Sequence record: OQ921725.1
DNA: 64,000 bases
Direction: 5' to 3' (one strand)
Part shown: positions 61,089 to 64,000 of the stretch, piece by piece
Position numbering within the stretch: the first letter of the stretch is position 1
How the letters are laid out: every line of letters begins with the position of its first letter
The notes under the pieces: generated by a model
Seen by the model: only the letters and a program-made list of their open reading frames with translations
Told to the model about the DNA's origin: nothing
Databases searched by the model: none
Translations under genes and position numbers: made by a program

Positions 61089-61146
61089 GATCTTCCCGCT
61101 TTCCGTTGTCCGTGCGCCCGCTTTCCGGGGCGCATCTGCCGACAGT

Positions 61147-61326
61147 TCACGCCTTACGCGACGTGAACAGAACTCCCGCATTCCCGTTCGCCAACGTGTC
61201 CAGCCAATCGGCCGTTTCGCTGTAACCCCCGGGGAGGGGGCGCCACTGAATCTCGCGCCCCCGGCGGTACGTGATCCCGCTTTCCGAGACCGTCACCGTT
61301 CCGCCGTTGTCAAGCCTGATTACCAT
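61147..61326 (-). CDS. 59-aa hypothetical protein
   Basis: GGGAAGGA RBS before MVIRLDNGG. Confidence 0.6.
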   Translation of the reverse strand: MVIRLDNGGTVTVSESGITYRRGREIQWRPLPGGYSETADWLDTLANGNAGVLFTSRKA

Positions 61327-62449
61327 TGCCGGAATCCTTCCCGAACCTCCGTGCGGAGGGAAGAACAGACAGGGTTCACCCGTAGTGAGTTGCCCGGTTC
61401 TAGACCGTTGCCCAATCGGACGTGAGTTGTGTTGTCTGTTCGTGCTCACCGCACGGTGAGTGTGGAACATCCCGGGGGAAACGGCGCCACATCGGAGCGC
61501 GTCCCGTACTTCCGTGCGGAAACCGGCGCGTCGCAACGTGTCGCGTCCGAATCCCCCGGGGGACGGGAGCGCTAAGCGTCTCCCGTCCGTCACGGGCAAG
61601 GGTTCCGACACCCCTGGTATCCCGCCGTACCGTCGCGCATCACCCTTGGGACCCCTCCCAAAAGAGCGCGTGATTGTCTATGCCGTACCCGCATAGTGCG
61701 TTTGGCTCGAACCAGTGGTGAAACGGGTTTTGCTGCGGACTGACTATTTCGACACGCTTTCCCCACCATTCCCCCGGTTTCCCCACGTCGATTGTGGTTG
61801 ACCTCCCGGACTAGAGGGCCGTACTTGCGTGCGCCGCAACTCGCGGGAACCGGACTAACGCTTTAACACGTTTCCTGTGACATTCCCGGATTCCCTGTCC
61901 GCTTAGGTCGCGGCTGTAAGGCATTCCGGCAAGTGGTCACGTACTCCGTGCGCCGTATTCCCGACTGGCAAAAGGGTGACCCCTCCCACCGGTTCGAGTG
62001 GCCACGCTTTCCGGCGCCCCCAAGGGGACCGCGTGGCTTGCCGTTTGCGCCGCTCCCGCACTCCCGGGTTACCGGGGATCGTGTGCGAGAGGGCTCCGAA
62101 GATCTCAAAGAGCCGCATTCGAAAGCCTCCCGCGCCATTACGGCTAGCGCGTTTCGCTCCCGTCCGCCTCACCCGGGGATCGTGCCTCCCGTTTCCCCTC
62201 CCGACGTCACTACCGCAAGCGGCACGCGTCACAGAGTTCGTGTGAGCCCTCCCCGGTCACCCCTCACGTGATGTGAAGGAACACCCGGGCGGGTTGTCCG
62301 GGGATGGAACCCGGACGCTTGCACTCGCCCCGCGCCGCGTCCCGCCGGAGCGGGCGCCGCGTCGTGGCGACAGGCCAAACACCACCACACTCATGGCTGC
62401 CATTGCAAGTGTGGGGTTGCTGACGGCGTGTCAGGTGATCAAGGAACGT

Positions 62450-63010
62450 GCAGGTCAGAGCGCTACCGCACTTCAAGACCGACATGGTGTGACGCAGGTC
62501 ACAATGTGCTCTGACCTGCGGAAACGGCGAGTTGAAGATTTTTCTCGAAAAAGGTTCTGTCAGCTCTTGTACCTGCGGAAACGTCGGAAGGTTTCTTGTT
62601 TGTGCAGGTCAGAGGCATGGAGAACCTACCGGACTTCACGACACGAAACGGACATGTACGACAGATGGGTCAAGAATTTGCGGTGAGCAAACGAGCGAGC
62701 AAATTGGTAGGTGTAACAAGCATCGATAAAAGTGTGACGCAGGTCACATGTACAAACTCGGACATAGCTACGCGAGACAGGCAGGGACGGGGAGGGTTTC
62801 GGGTGCGAGGAAGGTAACCCAACCTGTGCGCATAGCTCCCACATGTCCGGTTCATACACGTACGCGCACGTGAGCGCTGCGACCTGCGATGTATATACAG
62901 AGAGTGAGAAGCAAGTGAGGGAAGACCACTCTTAGTTACTTATATGGCTAGGGTCGCTCCGCTTTCTCACACTCGAAACCGGTACAACAGAATGTTGAAA
63001 CCGCAGGTCA
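62450..63010. repeat. GCAGGTCA/TGACCTGC iteron cluster including two TGTGACGCAGGTCACA boxes
   Basis: Copies at 62450, 62494, 62512 (inverted), 62604, 62739, 63003; variants near 62570 and 62880. Confidence 0.85.
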
Positions 63011-63099
63011 CAGCGTTGTCCCGAATGTCGGAGTTTGCAGTGATCATGCTGCTGAGCTGCGGAAACTCGGAATGCTCCCGGAGTGCAGCACGTCTAGCG

Positions 63100-64000
63100 C
63101 GCTCCCACATTGCAGGAACATGTGTGTAGGTATGTCTGATTTGAGAGGGAAGGGAAGGGTGTGGGAAGAATGCGAAGCTGAGGGGAAGTGATCAGCACAC
63201 ATGAGCACGTGAGTACACATGTGAGCAGTGAGCGGGAGCGCACGGGGGAGCACGTGAACGGGGAGGGATGCGGGAGCGCGCGGGAGCGGGAGCGTTCGCC
63301 CCGGAGAGACGCGCGCACGGTGTCTCTCGGGTGCCTGTCGGGTGTCTGGCCAGACTGCCCGGATCACTCGCACGGGAGCACGTGAGCAACGGGGATCACT
63401 CGGTATGCAGGGTGCGCATGATCATGTGTGTATCTGTGCAGGTGAGCGCACGTGAGCGGGAGCGGGAGCGCGCGGGAATTCAGGGGAATGCGGGAGCACT
63501 CGGAACGGGAATGCGCGGGTATCTCGATATCGGTATTTCGCATTCACGTCTGTACTGCTCACACCTATTACACACATACACATGAACCTATGCAGTGCAA
63601 GGAAAGCGGGAGGTGAGAGAAAAGGAAAGCGAGGGGAAACGGGGAGCGCATTCGGAATTGGTATAGCTGCTATCTCTCGCCACTCACACAACGAATGCGG
63701 GGAGGAATGCAACAGATGGAATGCAGGGGGAATGCGCAGCAATGGGAAGGATGGAAAGCAGGGGGGATTAAGAGCTAGCTAATGCAGGGATATCTAGGCT
63801 CTATTCACTAGCTCTATATCTCACGTCAATGCACACACATATGCACAATGAATACACATGGATATGCAAGGGAATGCGAGCGGGAGTGCGAGCGGTGCAG
63901 GTGGGAGAAAACCTGCGGGAAAATTCGCGGGAAATTCTGTCGGAATTCTCTCACGGTAGAAAACCAAATGCGGAATTGAATTTGAATTTGGGTCCCAGGT
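63100..64000. repeat. low-complexity, lower-GC terminal repeat tract (GGGAGC, GAATGC, CACATG, GAATT units)
   Basis: No convincing ORF; purine-rich plus strand; many short direct repeats. Confidence 0.75.

Noticed and set aside
63900-64000. Streptomyces linear plasmid or chromosome telomere
   Set aside because: The end lacks the CCCGCGG-type start and stacked palindromes of archetypal telomeres, and no tap/tpg genes are seen; gene content is phage-like
1-64000. Integrase, transposase, intron or intein
   Set aside because: No tyrosine or serine recombinase, DDE, HNH/LAGLIDADG or intein splice motifs recognised in any credible ORF

Overview
This window looks like the right-hand part of a large, very GC-rich dsDNA phage of Streptomyces or a close actinomycete. 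The host inference rests on a Streptomyces-like CspA, actinophage-type hypothetical families and GGAAGGGAG ribosome-binding sites. No virion, replication, integrase or transposase genes are recognisable here. 1-9.7 kb is a rightward operon with tRNA-Arg(CCG), CspA, dCMP deaminase, a MazG-like protein, HTH proteins and an MmcB-like nuclease. 9.9-15 kb is a mixed-orientation island containing a TerD protein. About 15-61 kb is a dense leftward array of about 110 small genes, including a HicB-like protein, a ParB-like protein, a PNK-type phosphatase, a DarG-like macrodomain, an ArdA-like protein, an Arr-like ADP-ribosyltransferase and many acidic unknowns. The last 2.7 kb is non-coding and repeat-rich, and is probably the genome end or terminal repeat. 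The most striking unexplained structure is regulatory: (i) a 12-bp palindrome YGRCCTAGGYCR at ten intergenic promoter-like sites; (ii) two families of conserved intergenic hairpins that split the 43-58 kb region into one- or two-gene cassettes; (iii) GCAGGTCA iterons and two perfect CRP-type boxes near the end. Family calls come from recalled motifs, not database searches. Several start codons were adjusted by eye from the ORF track using RBS position and stop/start overlaps.
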